From positions 186,001 to 250,000 of the forward strand of contig NOWV01000101.1 in NCBI GenBank assembly GCA_003344405.1: a DNA stretch of 64,000 nt, given 5' to 3'. The translations under genes were made by a program, and so were the position numbers. Origin of the DNA: Trichoplax sp. H2. Taxonomy: Eukaryota. Below, one piece after another: positions 12,441-41,100 of this stretch. Below the pieces are notes generated by a model, which was not told the DNA's origin, did not search any database, and saw only the letters and a program-made list of their open reading frames with translations. Numbering within the stretch: the first letter of the stretch is position 1; every line of letters begins with the position of its first letter.

Positions 12441-14303
12441 ATCTTACTGGTAGAAACTATAAAGTGACGCAACATGGCAAATTGGCATGACATATTGATC
12501 GGTTGTACACCATATCATTACTCTCTATTCAAATGTTCTAAAGTAGGTCTGTAAAATTGCAGCCAAGAGTTCACAAAACTACTAATTTTACAAACGTATG
12601 TAAAAAAGTGCAATTTAACAACAGGAAACAATGCAGCCTTGAATAATAATAATTTAAGTTTATTTCCAATTGATAGAATCATTTTTATCGTTTTAAATAT
12701 GACTATTCGACACGATAAATCAATAGCACAGCACTGGAAAATAGATAGAAATCACAACATCATTGAAAAAAAAGAAACTATCCGTTAATATGGAATATAA
12801 TGTAGCAGCTATTTGAAAAATACTTAGTAACTATAACGGCTGTCCTGTTAGATGTGAATTACTTTAGCACAAAACCGGAATCCTATCCAGAGTGGATAGA
12901 AAATTATTGCTTTCCAATTAAAATGAATTAAAGCGATATCATGATCTAAGTTTTGATAATATCTTAATTCTATCAACAAAAAACATAAAATTGATATTGG
13001 GAATAAAATACGGTAGATAATAATCATATGGATTAGAATGCATAATTATATAAATCATACACTTATTTATGGGAAGCAGTAGAAGTCATCAATAAATGAC
13101 CATAATAAATACGGTGCTAAAATTAAGAATCGATCAAATTATCAACCAATTTATCAAATCGATTGCTATTTGATTTGTGTCATTCAAAACTGTATACATA
13201 AAACGCAGATATGATGCGAGATATCTTTAGGTGATGAAATATGGAGAATAATGATATCAATTATTAGATTAAGAAGAATAAGAATAATATTAATGGCAAT
13301 AATAATTAGTACAATAATTAAAATCACAATAATAATAATTAAATGTTACGCAGTCATGGTATCAACTAACGTGTTGGAAAGATATACTGCAAAATCTTTA
13401 AATCATAACAAAGTAATACCAATTCGTATCACAACTACATCAAGCGTACTCGTCATGGCAGCAAAATTGAATTTAGAGAGCACTCAAATTGTTAATGTTA
13501 TTCATTTCTATGTACAAGTGGATGATAGAAACAGAACAAGTTGATAGAGTGGCAAAATAACTAAAATAATAACTAAGAAAAAAAAGTTAATGAATCCTAT
13601 TTTTAAAAATGAAACTGCTTTTTGATCACTCTTAAGGCTGGTATATTTCACATTTCTTGGAAAATATTCATTAATACACAATGGCTATCAGATCTATTCT
13701 TAAAATTTTATACCGGAGGTTTTTTACACTTACTTTTGCGATCAAAGTGTAACACAAATAAAATCAACTAATTTACTCTAATTAACTGCTTTAGTCCCTA
13801 ATTCTTTCACAGTTTCGAAGAAAATAATATACTTTGCGTCATTAAATATGTAAGAGTTTGAACCAATACATGCTGTCTGATAAAAGTATCATGAACTTCA
13901 CTACAACAAGATCAAATTATGAATAAAATATGCCTTTTGTTCAAAAGATTAACTGCCGGGTTATTATTTATTATGGAAATATACTAATTAAAAAAAAACT
14001 TGATCTTGCGAAGGTGTTACGCGATGCAGCCAGCTTTAAAATCAATCATTATATTAATGATAGTGTTATTAAGGATGTTGCACTTTGCAATGATTATTAT
14101 TCAGTCTAAAACAAGGATTTTGGTTTGAGTGAAGTTGGATTTACAAATAGATTTAGCCATGGAAATGTAAAGGGTTCATATTATGTCCGGATTTTCAATG
14201 AAGAATAATTTCTCCAACGAATTTCTTATCAAGCGATGATAATTTGCCGTTAGAGATTACTCTATTTCCGTTCACTTTCATTAAAGAAAATGGATATTTT
14301 CGA

Positions 14304-28233
<13,930 letters not shown>

Positions 28234-30319
28234 ATTGCTAATAGAGAATCTGCTAATAATTATCAAAGGAGATAATCATCTACTAATGTCAGCTGGCCAG
28301 CCAAAAAAAAAATTAAGGGTAAAGAAGGAGTGAGAGAGGCAGATTATTTCAGCTTAAGCAAATCAAAAATTAGCTCTCTTGTTGCGTTGCTCGTCGTTGT
28401 AAAGCTACTATTTGTCTTCTTATGCTCCTCTTACTGCATCTAATTCCCCTCCTCTCTGTCTACAGCTATTTATTCATCTTGACAATTTAGTTTTATTCTT
28501 TTTTTATATCCTGGCTGAATAAAATAGTCTATTCTAAAAAGTATAGACGAGGGGTGCAAATAAACCAATAATGATTGACAGGATGCTAACGATAGTGCTC
28601 TAGCTTAGCTTGCAATCAACTATGGGATTGTATTCATTCAAATCAATTGAAAGTAATTCAAGCTGTGACGTTAATACAGTATTGACAAATTTCAATGCGG
28701 TAAATAGTAATTATTTAATCGGTTGTTGTTAAACAGGTTAGAAAAAGTTTAAACAATGCAATTTGTTCAATAGCAGTTATTGTCTATCATCAATCGATAG
28801 ACGTTGAGGCAACAGTTTTGATCGCTTTTCAATAATCAGTCTAATGGCCAATTAAGAAGTCAACACCTCCTAAAATTCGCATATTGATTAGAATTGCTGT
28901 GGTTGCTTTTTATATTTTAATTGTTTTTGTTATTTCTAATTTTGATCAGATCATCATGCAGAGATATTTGCTCACTTTGGCCTCATGTCGATCGATTAAT
29001 GTGTATAGAGATATGCCGCTGTGTATATTCTATTCAATCAATTAGTATCATTGATTATTTTTCCTTGATTTTAAAATGTCATCGTTTAGATCTAGTTTAA
29101 AAAGATAACCTTACTAAAGAGTGATCACAGTAGGACAAAAAGATCTATTTATGAATAACAGAAGATAGATAGAGAGGGAAAATTTTCCAAAAAGTATAGA
29201 TAGTACTATCGATCAAATCAACGGATCAATAGCTATGTGTTGTTATTGATTTCAACAATGATAATTTTGATCAGACGATTAATTATTCTCATGATACATC
29301 TTCCCCCTAAAACCTTAAACTCTTGTTTTGTATTTTACTTATTAGTGTGTTGATAAAAAAAAAGTTTAATCACTACATAGAATTAGACAGACTGCCTATG
29401 CCTTCATTTGTAGCAATAGAGTAAAATATTCTAATATTAGTTTAAGCTATTAACAAATAAATCATTTCTTATCAAACAATCAATCCTCACTAATCAGTCA
29501 TTATATAGATTATCGATTGACTAGACATCGATTGAGCTTGAATTCAATATTTTTCCTTCATTGATGACAGATAAATTTGATCGTTTATACAAATTGACAT
29601 TTACTTTCTTAAACCTTTACACCTAAAGAGTGGCCCAATAGAAAGGAAATTGATATACAACAACTATTTTGTTCGAGAGTTGCTATTGTTATCATAATTG
29701 AAAAGATGGCTACTAAAATGAATATTTACCTACTTTGAGACGATTTTAAAATAATAATAAGATGTCTACCAACTTTTTTTATATATTGAACAGTATAATT
29801 TGCCTTAGCAGGCTCTGTTGCATTATCAGAAAATGCTGATTAGGCATTCGTCTACACTAACAAATAATATAACATTAAATTTTATTTTAGCAAGTTGTTA
29901 CTGGCCATTGAAATATTTTAAAGTTTTATTTAGACTGGTTACTCGATAGGATGGTATTGATATACTCATCACAGCCGAAATAGTTTTACATTGAGAGGGA
30001 AAGTCATTTGGATAATATCTGGAGCAGAATGTAGTTATTTGATACAGTCAGTAAATCAGCTAATAATATCTTTCTAAATACAACACTTGTTTAACTTTTA
30101 AGTTGACACTCTCTTCCTAATTGATTCCAATTATGATCAAATAGAAAAATTGATTATCTCTTGCTCATTATAATAAGATGATTGCCATCTCTGGCTGTGA
30201 GTAGAACAAATGATTTTTAACCCACCGTACTGATCTTTCGTCTTGGGATGATTTCTAAAATGACGATAAACTGATTTTTATAGCGACTTTATGAGGAGCC
30301 ATTTTTAGAAATAATTTCC

Positions 30320-30677
30320 GTACTCTAGATTACCATTTGTTATCAACAGTCTACTACATATTCGGAACAACTTTAAAGCTTGAATCTAAGCTTATCCACT
30401 GAAATTGATACGATAAGCCACATATCTAAGTACGAATGTAGAGTTTAATCAATCAAAATAGAATAATATCAAGATTAAGGAGCATTAAATAGTACTCTAG
30501 ATTAGAATTTGTTATCAACAGTCTATTATTTATTCGCTATAACTTTAAAGCTTGAATCTAAACTTGTCCATTGAGGCTTATATGATAAATCACATATCTA
30601 AGTACAAATGTAGAGTTTAATCAATAAAAATAAAGTAATTCTAAGATTAAGGAGCATTAAGTAGTACTTTAGATTAC
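30320..30677. repeat. Tandem duplication, 172 bp unit, ~2.1 copies
   Basis: gtact(c/t)tagatta starts at 30320, 30492 and 30664. Copies share tttgttatcaacagtcta, aactttaaagcttgaatctaa, cacatatctaagtac and aagattaaggagcattaa. Confidence 0.9.
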
Positions 30678-33600
30678 TTTAAAATATTCATAAAATTGTC
30701 TTGATAGTTATGTTTAATTAAATTGAACTAAATCCATGTCAGTTATATTCTATAGCGGGAATATGTGTATAATGTAATTGATTAGCAACGCCCAGCTAGG
30801 TGTGGTATGCAAGATCAATATGATGAAATGATTTTCATCGCTGTCATGTTTATTTTCATATGCATTGCAATAAATTAGCGATGCGCCGTACAAAGCAAAA
30901 CTATGGGATAAATAGATAAAACTATAACAGAATCTAGGCTCTAAATTTCAGTGTACAATTTATCAACCAAGACAGGTACTCTATCATTATGCTGAAATAA
31001 ATTTATAATATAAGTGCTACGAGAATGGAGTCTGAGTTAGTAGCTGAATACAGAACGGAAGCGTGTACAATAGCTATAGTACGATTACGTGTATAGAACA
31101 AGTTCAGCAGAGAATCATTTATTTCTGTTCGTACTGAATTGTAAAAATGGATTATATCGGGCTGTCATGAGAGAGATTCTTTGCTACCTTATATAGTAGT
31201 TATGACTGGCAATAGATCTTATAATAGCAATATAAAATCACTTCGCTTGTACATGTTTTGACTTTGACTTCTGTTACTGCTTTTGCATGCTATATCTGTT
31301 TTTTCTAGCATGATTGATACTAGTAATTATCACAGTTAAAGAAACTTAAGTGTGTTCTATTTATGCATAATATTGAAAAAGTTAGATAACTTCGGTGTTT
31401 AACTTTCTGTATCGATGATCTGAGTTCACGGTTATTCTTCTATTTTTCAAATATTTATGGTTCACCATTGAGATATTTCTCTGAGTAAAGTTTCTGTTAC
31501 AGTGTATCAACAGGGCGTAAACTACTTTGGACTATTAGGTGAGGTATTACGTTTAATTTTATATCATTCTTTTTTGAAGTATTGCAGCTGCAGTTGATTC
31601 TAACTCTTTACGTTCTTAATGCCACTATAATTATTGCAACGTCCATTTAGAATAATTAAAATTTGTATATTTACTTTGCCATTTGCAATAGAATAGATTT
31701 CCGTACTACTATGAAATATGAATTAGTTATACTACTTTAAGGTTGGCTGATACTTTCGGGTAATAAATAGACTATGATTTTGTGAAAGTGACATCCGGTT
31801 GGTGATTTATGATGCCAATTTAAGAAATATGAGCATGATGTAACAGTATCGGATAGGATTATTGCCGATTCTTTATCCACCAATTTCAATCGCTATAGCT
31901 GTGCTTGTTGTTTCGTAAGAGTAATGTGACTTTATTGATAGTCCTGTTTGCGATACTGCAATTGAATTATTTTCTATACAGAATCTAGCTGCTTGTACAC
32001 GTAAGTACAGCAATCATGTAATGCAATAGAACGCAATCTTTTAGCTAGTCTAAGCTAACCAATTGCGCTTTGTTCTCTACTAATTCGTATTAACATTACA
32101 GTAACACTACAGTACATGCATCCTTTTTCAAAAGAGTTAAGCAACAGACTCTTTAATCATTTTACTCTTGCAAAAGCAGGTAATTACGGCGAATCCTAAT
32201 AATTTTTAGTTGTAATATGTCCTAAGTTCAGATATGGTAACTAAAATAATAGACAAGACGAGTTTGATTAGAGGCAGACTATGGTGTAAATAATAAATGC
32301 TTCGATACCTACAAGCCTTTGGATCATGATTTATCCTATGTAAATTTGATATCCGAACTTTGACAGCTACTAATAATTTACTAATGCTTTATGATAGCGC
32401 AATGATCAAAAGCTAATATTACTATTGAAAATAGTTCGTATGCAGTTGAACTCATTAATCAATAGTTGTTATTACGCTTTGCCAGAGAACCGTAACTTTG
32501 CTATTGAAATCAAATAATCTACATTATACGAGTCTTTATTATTAAATTGTGGCCAGATTATGATTGATCATATTTGGATACATTCTAATCATGTGATATT
32601 TGCTAGGTTAGCCATAGTACTGTATAGTATGATCGTAACCTTTCAATTGTGCGTGTGAAATCAAGTCTTGATATATTTTAATACTATTTACTCAAATTTA
32701 GAACATTTAAAAAGTACTTACTGTAAAATAATGGATTAAGTATTCCATTTTTTTCGTCTTTTGCATTTCTGCATAACTGCCTACTTATTCATTTTGAGCC
32801 AAGTAGCAATATCAAAAGTATACTATGTAACTGAGTAGATTATTGTATAATTTTTATGACACAGGGATGCGTACAAGTACTGGTTCCGTATATTTCAGGC
32901 AGGCAGTTTTTTGATTTCTTCAGATGGAATATTTTTTTCTATAAAGTTATACATAAAAAATTGATTGCTACAGCTAATGACTATGCCGTAATTGGTAATA
33001 AATTGAATTGAATATTGTTGATACTACTGTGCTGCCTAAAATTTCCGTCAAGTATAATTTCGATCTTAGTGTGATGTCAATTTCTACCATCAATCAACTA
33101 TTCGTAGACGCGTATTAATTAAATCGTCCTATTCGTCAGAGTGTAAAACTCATTAATCACAAGGGTATTTTAATCATTTCTTGACATTTTAGATAGATAC
33201 AAAGGAAATTTAGAATGATATGGCTCATTGGTATATTAACAGTAGGTATTATCAATCAAAATAGTATGTAGTGTTGCATAATTATAATACAATTAGTGAA
33301 GTATGACTATGATGCAGGCGTTCTACTCCTCCCCTTTTCCTCCTGTTTCACGAATAGCTTCCACATATGTTGTAGTTGACTTTAAATGATTTTATTATTT
33401 TTGAATTCATAACGTATTTTAGTTGTGTATTGGTTAACTTTTTGTATTTGTTTTACTCGTTCAACATCTGATAGCTTTTTATAGGTGATCCTATTGAGGT
33501 TTTAGTATTTTAATAACTCATTCCAACTTAGAATCTATTGATCATGATTATGATAAGGTAGTTATAGGACAATATTTGTATGGAGTGTAATTTTCTTTAT

Positions 33601-34189
33601 ATCCGAAAAATGGGGTCTTTTCAGACCTGAAGCCAGTTTAGAAGCTTAGCGTGAAATAGATTGCATCATTTCGAAATATGGATAATTTAAACATTGCTGC
33701 AGTGTGCTATACTATTGACAAGAACATTTACCATTCTCTAAATAGCCAGCCAACAACGTTGGATCTAATAACGAGGCGTTTATCTAAGCATTACCGGATT
33801 AAAAATCTTCTATCTTTGAACTAATGAAGAAGGAAAATGGTGTAATAACTAAGAATACGCATTGGAAGTTGAGATATTTTCCTTGCTGTTACAGTAGTCG
33901 TGTCAAATATACATGTGAAATATAAATTTAAGCAGGAATGGCGAATGGTTATGTTGACGTTAACCAACGGAAAAAAGTATAGAGTATGTGTATGTACATA
34001 TTAAGCATAACTATGCGTATATATATATAGAGAGAGAGAGAGGCGGGTAGACGTGTATTTTGTTGAAAGGAGAGAGCATAGTATGAGGAATATTCTATAG
34101 GAGTTAAGATATAGCTCACAGACGCAGTACCGGCGAAATAGTTAACAAATTGCATATGGCAATGAAACCAAAGCAAAAACATAGTAGAA

Positions 34190-34400
34190 TTGCTAATACC
34201 AGAGACTACTCTTTAGACTTTTTGGGTATTTTAAAAAAATGAACATTTTCGATGAGAAAATAGTCAAGTCTAATCGATTGCTGGCAGCAGACTTGCTATT
34301 ACCAGCAATTATTCTTTAGACTCCTTGCTGATACTACGGGCATTATAGATTTTTGAGAATGAACATTTTTAATGAGAAAATGAGGAAGTTTAATCGACGC
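34190..34400. repeat. Old degenerate tandem duplication (~100-120 bp)
   Basis: ttgcta.taccag...tctttagact...aatgaacatttt..atgagaaaat...aagt.taatcga occurs twice. Confidence 0.6.
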
Positions 34401-35343
34401 TATTGTATTGCAGTCTCTGTACACCAGTAGTTGATTTACTGACTAGCAGATTCATAACGAGTATTTTGGTGATCAATTCATTAAAATTGTGACGTGTAAC
34501 GAAGGCTATTTCTGATCGTAAGTTTAACAATGTATGGGAACAACTTTATGAAATTAGTTAAGCACCAACATATTATCCAAGTCGAGCTGTATATTGAATA
34601 CGCATTTTATCTATGCTCTGTGAGAGTACGTGTTGAGCTCTATCATACCATGTTAATTTACTGTACTACAGCTTAGTAATATGGTGGCAGCAGTGCAACT
34701 ATATTACTAGTTTAATCACGTCCTATCGCTTTTTTTTTGACAGAGACCGCTGTTGTGTATTGAGTAAAAGAAAGCCTATAATCAATTACAGTATACGATA
34801 ACCACAGTTCACTTTTCAATAGAATAATTATATATAAATAGATATACTGTACTCGCAGATAGATATCACAATTCTAGCATTACCGATATACTCGTATGCA
34901 TCCATGCATTTCACAAATAACATAATTCACTCTAGTGTGATCAATAATAAGTTATAAGAAAACGTAGATTGAATTAAAGCATCTTTTGAGCCGTTAGCGA
35001 GTGTATTATCCAATATACGCTATACCTGCATATAATATTTATCGTATATTATGGTGATAAGGTCATTTAAAATATAATCATCAAACAAAGAAATTGCAGT
35101 TTCTTGTACACTTCGCTTTATTACATAAACTAGTACAGTAAGTAGCATGGATTATTTGATTTTCATCTTAAGCTAATTAAGGGCTGCCCTACAATCATGC
35201 AAGCGTATATACGTATATAATAAATCAACTCAATGGAATCTAGCGTAGACAAGAAGGAAACCATATCTCCATCTTAATATGGCTGGACGGGATTGTGTAC
35301 CAGGTAGTCCAGTAGTCGTCGTTGGTAGTGGGGGCCCGTTTGT

Positions 35344-36054
35344 GCACTTTCTTAACTCAGTCCATTAGAGTACAACTATAATACTGTACGCTTGGACATT
35401 TATACTGAACTACTTAGTAGAGGAGTCTCTCTCGATCTGCCAAGTTCCATTCGATGATTATTAATTCTTGTTACGGCCCGTTAAATTGAACTAAAGTAAA
35501 GGTAAAGTAGAAATAGTTCACCTTGGAGTGTACAGTATCTCTACTTTATTTTCTGATTCTTTTTGTAGAATAGTAGACAAGATACAAGGGCACTTTGTCA
35601 GCTCAGTCCATTAGAATATAACTATAGTCCTATACACTTGGACATTTATACTGGACAGTAGAGGGGTCTCTGTCGATCTGCTAAGTTCCTTTCTATGATT
35701 ATTAATGTTAAGACCCGTTAAATTGAAATGAAGTGAAGGCAAAGTAGAAGTAGTTTACCTTGGAGCGTACAGTATCTCTACTTTATTTTGGAATTCTTTT
35801 TGTAGAATAGCAGACAAGATGCAAAGGCACTTTGTCAACTTAGTCAATTAGAGTACAACTATAATACTGTATAGTGTACAGTAGAGAGGCCTGTGTCGAT
35901 CTGCCAAGTTCCATTCGATGATTATTAATTATTGTTACGACCCGTTCAATTGAAATAAAATGAAGGTAAAGTAGAACTAGTTCTGCTTGGAGAGTACAGT
36001 ATCTCTACTTTATTTTCTGATTCTTTTAGTAGAATAGTAGACAAGATACAAGGG
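35344..36054. repeat. Tandem repeat, ~230-246 bp unit, 3 copies
   Basis: Units start at 35344, 35590 and 35827 (gcacttt...agtc.attaga). Shared blocks: tcgatctgc.aagttcc, cccgtt.aattgaa, tacagtatctctactttatttt, gtagaatag.agacaagat. Confidence 0.92.
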
Positions 36055-36959
36055 TATGCAGACTGTCATGAAATTAGAATTTCAACTTAGAATTCGCTAT
36101 TCCAGAGCCAGATATCCACTGACAAGACGGAAGGACATCTGCTATCCTCTATACTACAGTACAACTGTAGTAGCTAGACTCCGGACCACGACGTTACTTC
36201 GATTCAAAATGGAGAAAATGTACTTGCTGCACTGACTGCTTCCACACTGTAACCAGTAGACCACAACGATGTTGTACTTTTCCACTAGTATGATGTCGTA
36301 AAGGACTACTAACTACTCTTTAATAGAGTCAGACGACTGTGAAGTCGACTGACAAGGACTACTCTACTAAATAATGAAAAAATTTTGATTTTAGTGGAGT
36401 AGTCCGTTCTAATGAACTACATGGTGATAGCTTATTTATTATGGCTATAAGTGTGTATACAGCCCTCAAAACAAGCTTATTAAACAGCAAGTGGAGACTT
36501 TATTATTAGGTCTTTAAACCTTCTATGCTTGAGATTGTACTATTACTCTAGACTCAGCAATCAGCGGTCCCTGCGCCCAACTATAATGGAGTCATTTCTT
36601 TTTCTTGATCAGAGAGAAGGACAAGAATTAGCCATGGAGTAGAAAATAAGGCGAGCACTTGTCATTTTTCTGGTCATTCTACTATACGCTAGCACTGAAA
36701 GCGTGTACTAAAGCAACGCATTCGCTCGTGAGAGGATGACCATCGTAGTCACTGTAGAGTGTATCGTTTACGATAGACATTTCAGTTAAAATGACCAGCA
36801 ATTTAGTCGGTTCGCCTATTTTGACTAGACGGTACCACGGCTTTCTGTCCGCTGTCTGTCTTCTTTTGTAGCCCCTCTGCAATCACGGGTGTCAGTCTTG
36901 GTCAGAAGGACGGATAGACAGCACCGATTCGTCGACCTCCACCGTGGAGAGAGAGAATA

Positions 36960-38151
36960 ACATCCATTAATAAATAACTCGACGCTGCGTTGACGTAATA
37001 AGAGGAAAAAGCAAATCTTTCTTCCACATCCAAGTCTATATCATTTCTCCTCCTCCAAATTGACCAATCTAGCACTTACTGATTGCTTTGAAAGGTATGT
37101 AAAAATAGCCGATTCTGTTCAAGAGTTGAAAATCAATCTTTTCCATCTTTAAACGTGTCATAGTCGTGTCAAAGTGCTCTCCCTCAGTCACTGCAAGTTA
37201 ATTAGCCGGTGTTGATGCAAGTTGATTAGCATTGGCGAATGCTAATGGACACCGCTTGATTTCATTTTCACTCCATCATTGCACAGCAGGGCATTTTACA
37301 TTAGAATGATTATTTTAAAATGACTTGATGATAGCAATCATTTTTGAACTGTACTGTCGAAAGGAACAGTTGATTTCTTTCGTGTCCTATCGATCGAGAC
37401 AGCGATCGATAGGACTACTGTACACTTGTACAATGTACGGTAAGATGGAGGCTCTAGTCTTGATGTCGAATACAAGAGTCAAGTTAAATATTTAAAAAAT
37501 GGTTGAAAATATGGATACAAGTCTGTAGATTGCCGATGCAGTACCTTGTGTCTAGTCTAGTTTAGTGTGTTAATTGGTCAAGACAGAGTCATATCCTAAG
37601 TAGGCTAAGATAACCTTGTCTATGGAGAAATTTCTTCAGATCGCGTTCAACTACAGTACTGTACAAATTGTACAAATGGACAAGCATCGAGTAGAGCAAT
37701 AATCCATCTCAAAATGCCATCATCGATCACCAGCTTTGCACACACATTCTCTCTTCTTCTATCAGTGATCGATCATGGTAGCTTGATTGTAGAATCGAAG
37801 CCCGCTAGACAGTATCCTAGTTGTGAAAGAAATCAAAATGTACCCGATTGTTCTTTCTACACCATTCATACAACTGGGTCGTTAAGAAAACATTTGCAGC
37901 TAACTTGTTTTCTCATCTATTATCCTGGGCAAATACTATTACATGTGTGTTTTACGACTCTCTATCGCTATTGAAAAAATCATCAACCTCATCGAATTAA
38001 AAGGAAAAGGAATAGTCATTGTAAGAGGAAACCACGCACTATTCACTATTTTCCAATAACGATTAGCTTAAGCAATCGTCATTGATCAGTCTCTTGCTCT
38101 GACTACACCGTCAATGAATTGCGCTACCGCGAACTAAATTGCCTAAGCTGA
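36960..38151 (+). promoter_or_regulatory. Candidate promoter / non-coding first exon(s) for the downstream coiled-coil gene
   Basis: Locally higher GC/CpG, a CRE-like ttgacgtaa near 36990, and strong donors aaag|gtatgt (after 37094) and ctga|gtaagt (after 38151). No coding ORF. Inference only. Confidence 0.3.
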
Positions 38152-41100
38152 GTAAGTGTTGACAAAGGATTGTTGATTTGACTATCCAATTGAAACATCC
38201 CATCCATCATGAGCTCCTTGGCGATTTTAGCCATCACATTCATCCAGTATCGAATAAATTTCAAAAAACAACATTCTCTCCCTACTGACTACCTACTTTA
38301 CCCTATTCTCACCAGTATCTCTTGGATATAGTACTATTTTCAACACTTTTGATCAATATACCCAATGGAACAGATACTGTAGAACTAATAACACGTTCAG
38401 TTTGGAGATTGTCAGTGGTGTTGTTAATTTATTTCTTGGACATTTTAAAAGGCGTCAAAACCGAGATTTGTCAAGATGAAAAGTTTTTTCTCTTATTAAC
38501 TTACTCTCTCTTGACTCTTATCACAGCCGCTTTAGACTATAGAGGATTTATTTCGTCATTAATAATTTACTTTGATCGATAGCTAGTGCTACCTGATGGC
38601 GATTTTCGGATGGATCACCATGCATTGAATGGGGTGTTGTAAGCCTTCGAGTTTTTCTTTCCCTTCACTACTCTGTTGGTCCTACCATGATGATGACTAT
38701 ATAAACTTGTTCAGTTCTTGAGAAATGAGCTATCATCAGTCAAGTTGAATACGAGTAAACTTGGTGGTCTGATGATCGATACTGTATTATTGATTAGCAT
38801 TTTTTGACACTATGAGTGATTAGCATTAATACCAGGTGCTTTTTATCCGACGATAACAAGCCAATAGAATGGTTAGAAGCTATTTGAACAGGGATAGCGC
38901 CACTAACTCGATAGCCGATTGTATTACAACTTGTCTACCATCAAAATCATGATCATCAATCATGGTACCATGGTATATTCAACATGGCATGGAATAGGAT
39001 TGATTTTCAACATCGATGATTTGTTGTAGTAGGCAATTTATTATACCTATCCGATTCGATCGACGCAATTGGCTGTTAGCGGTAGGCTATAGCATCATTT
39101 CAATGGTATATAACATATGGATAGTTTAAAAAGAATTCATTTTTCTTTTCGGGGGGTTACAATATTGACTGTGATCACTCATATTAAAACTACAAGTCAT
39201 GCCAATCATGTTGCTTGATTCTTGGCAATACTTTCGGCTAATTTACGGTACATGATCACTGTATCTTGCTAGTCTTGACCGTTTGATAAGATGCTATTTT
39301 TACCATCCAACCTATTTGCTTTTCTACAACGATGGTAGAATAGTGTCTTGCTCAATCGGAGATATTATTCTTGATGAGTATTGTTGGGTGGCAGTTATGG
39401 CGCTTACAATTAATTTATCCATGTCCGTCAAGGCTGACAGGCTATTTTCTTCCTTTCCAAAGCTGGACAAAATTCTTCTCTTTGTTATGATTTAAATAAA
39501 AAAAAAAAATAGGGGAATTTTTTTGTCCTTACAAGTGCCTACAAGTCTAGTGTATCATGGAATAGTTGAAGTTTATCACTGTAACCATCTATTGGTAAGG
39601 AATAGATCATATTATAGGTAGATGTTTCTGTTGAGGGATAATATGCTGTGCAAAGAGCTTAATTTGTGTGTCGAGCACCTTTTCTACATTTCAATTCTGG
39701 CTATAACATGATCAAGATAAGTTCTTTGTCAGAAAAATGGCTATTTTGACCGGGACCATCATATTGAAATCGACTGTACTAGATGGATAAAGCACTTCCC
39801 TGTTGATTGCTATTATTAGAGCAATTTAGCTTTCAATATACAGGAGGGGACATTAAATTGTAAGGCTAAATGGAGAGCTATGGCATGGTCCAGTAGGACA
39901 GTTATTTCTTTTCCCTCTCTCTCTTCAATATTATTTTCTCGACAATAGCCATGATTAATATCCTTGCTTTAGTGGTCAGCCTGCAAGGTATTTACAGCAT
40001 TGATCATCATAATGGCGTAATATTGAAAGAAAAACACACGATTCATCCATGTACACCACCTGCTGCGTAATTCCTCTCCACTAATTTAACCTGCAAAATA
40101 TTCAATATCGACTCTTCTAAGGAAAAAGTTCTTTTGGGGGCCATTTTGGAATTTACAATACACCACCCACTATGGTACTGCAGTGTAGAAAATGAATTTT
40201 TCAATAGTAAGATTTCTTATTGCCTTTACTGCTTAGGAGTTGGTGGATTTCCATCATCAATATTCATGATGTATCCTACTCATTTTATAAATTTGGACCG
40301 ATTTTCTAGGGTGTTTCAATCAACATTTTTTTCTGGGGGGGGGGGGAAATTTCTTTTTAATTCAATTTGAATTGAACTTTTAATTATATTTTTCTTCATT
40401 TCTTTGCTAATTTTACAAGTCTTATCTACAGCAATTCAGATAATCTACTTGCAATACAACTTCTACTAAGATAATGACTGACACATAAGATTTAATCCAT
40501 CACTTTAGCCACTCTTGTCGATAGAGAATAGATGAACAAAGTTCTTTTTTTTCACTGTCATTGCAATTCCACTCGCTATCGATATTCTTAAAATATTTTC
40601 CAAATGGATTGATTGAGGATATGACTTCATGTTTACTCGTCGCTCAATCAATCCATCCTTACTGTCTTTCATAGTGGAATTGGAAATGTAATTTTTCATT
40701 CGCAATATCCATTCACAGAAATAATTTCCGCTTTGAATTTTAAATGCTACAACAGTTGAAATGATTTTTTTTTCTTCTAAATCTGTTGCTTTTGAGTTTC
40801 TCAATGACTTTTGCTTAAAGGCTATTTTGAATATAGTTTGACCGCGATAATTTTATCTGAAAAATGGAACAACCACGCCAAAAATAGTAGATACAAGGCA
40901 AGAACAGTACTATCGCTTTATTAACAACGAGTTCTTTCTCTTATAGGCAATTATATTATTGTGGCTCATCATTCCATAGGACACAAACCTGCATCCATGA
41001 CGACTGAACTTTTAGAATATCGACAAGAAGTTTAAAAAGATTATTGTAAGCTGGTGATAGCTAATTGGGGGCGATACCATTTCCAATATCGTCAATAATT

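Noticed and set aside
13251..13544. 97-aa Ile-rich ORF resembling a membrane peptide
   Set aside because: Produced by ATA/AAT low-complexity sequence, antisense to the probable IGF2BP 3' UTR.
40505..40804. 99-aa minus-strand ORF and other short intergenic ORFs (5653-5922, 26810-27483, 37714-40370, 49100-49336)
   Set aside because: No domain similarity recognised, no convincing splice-linked exon chain, and lengths compatible with chance.
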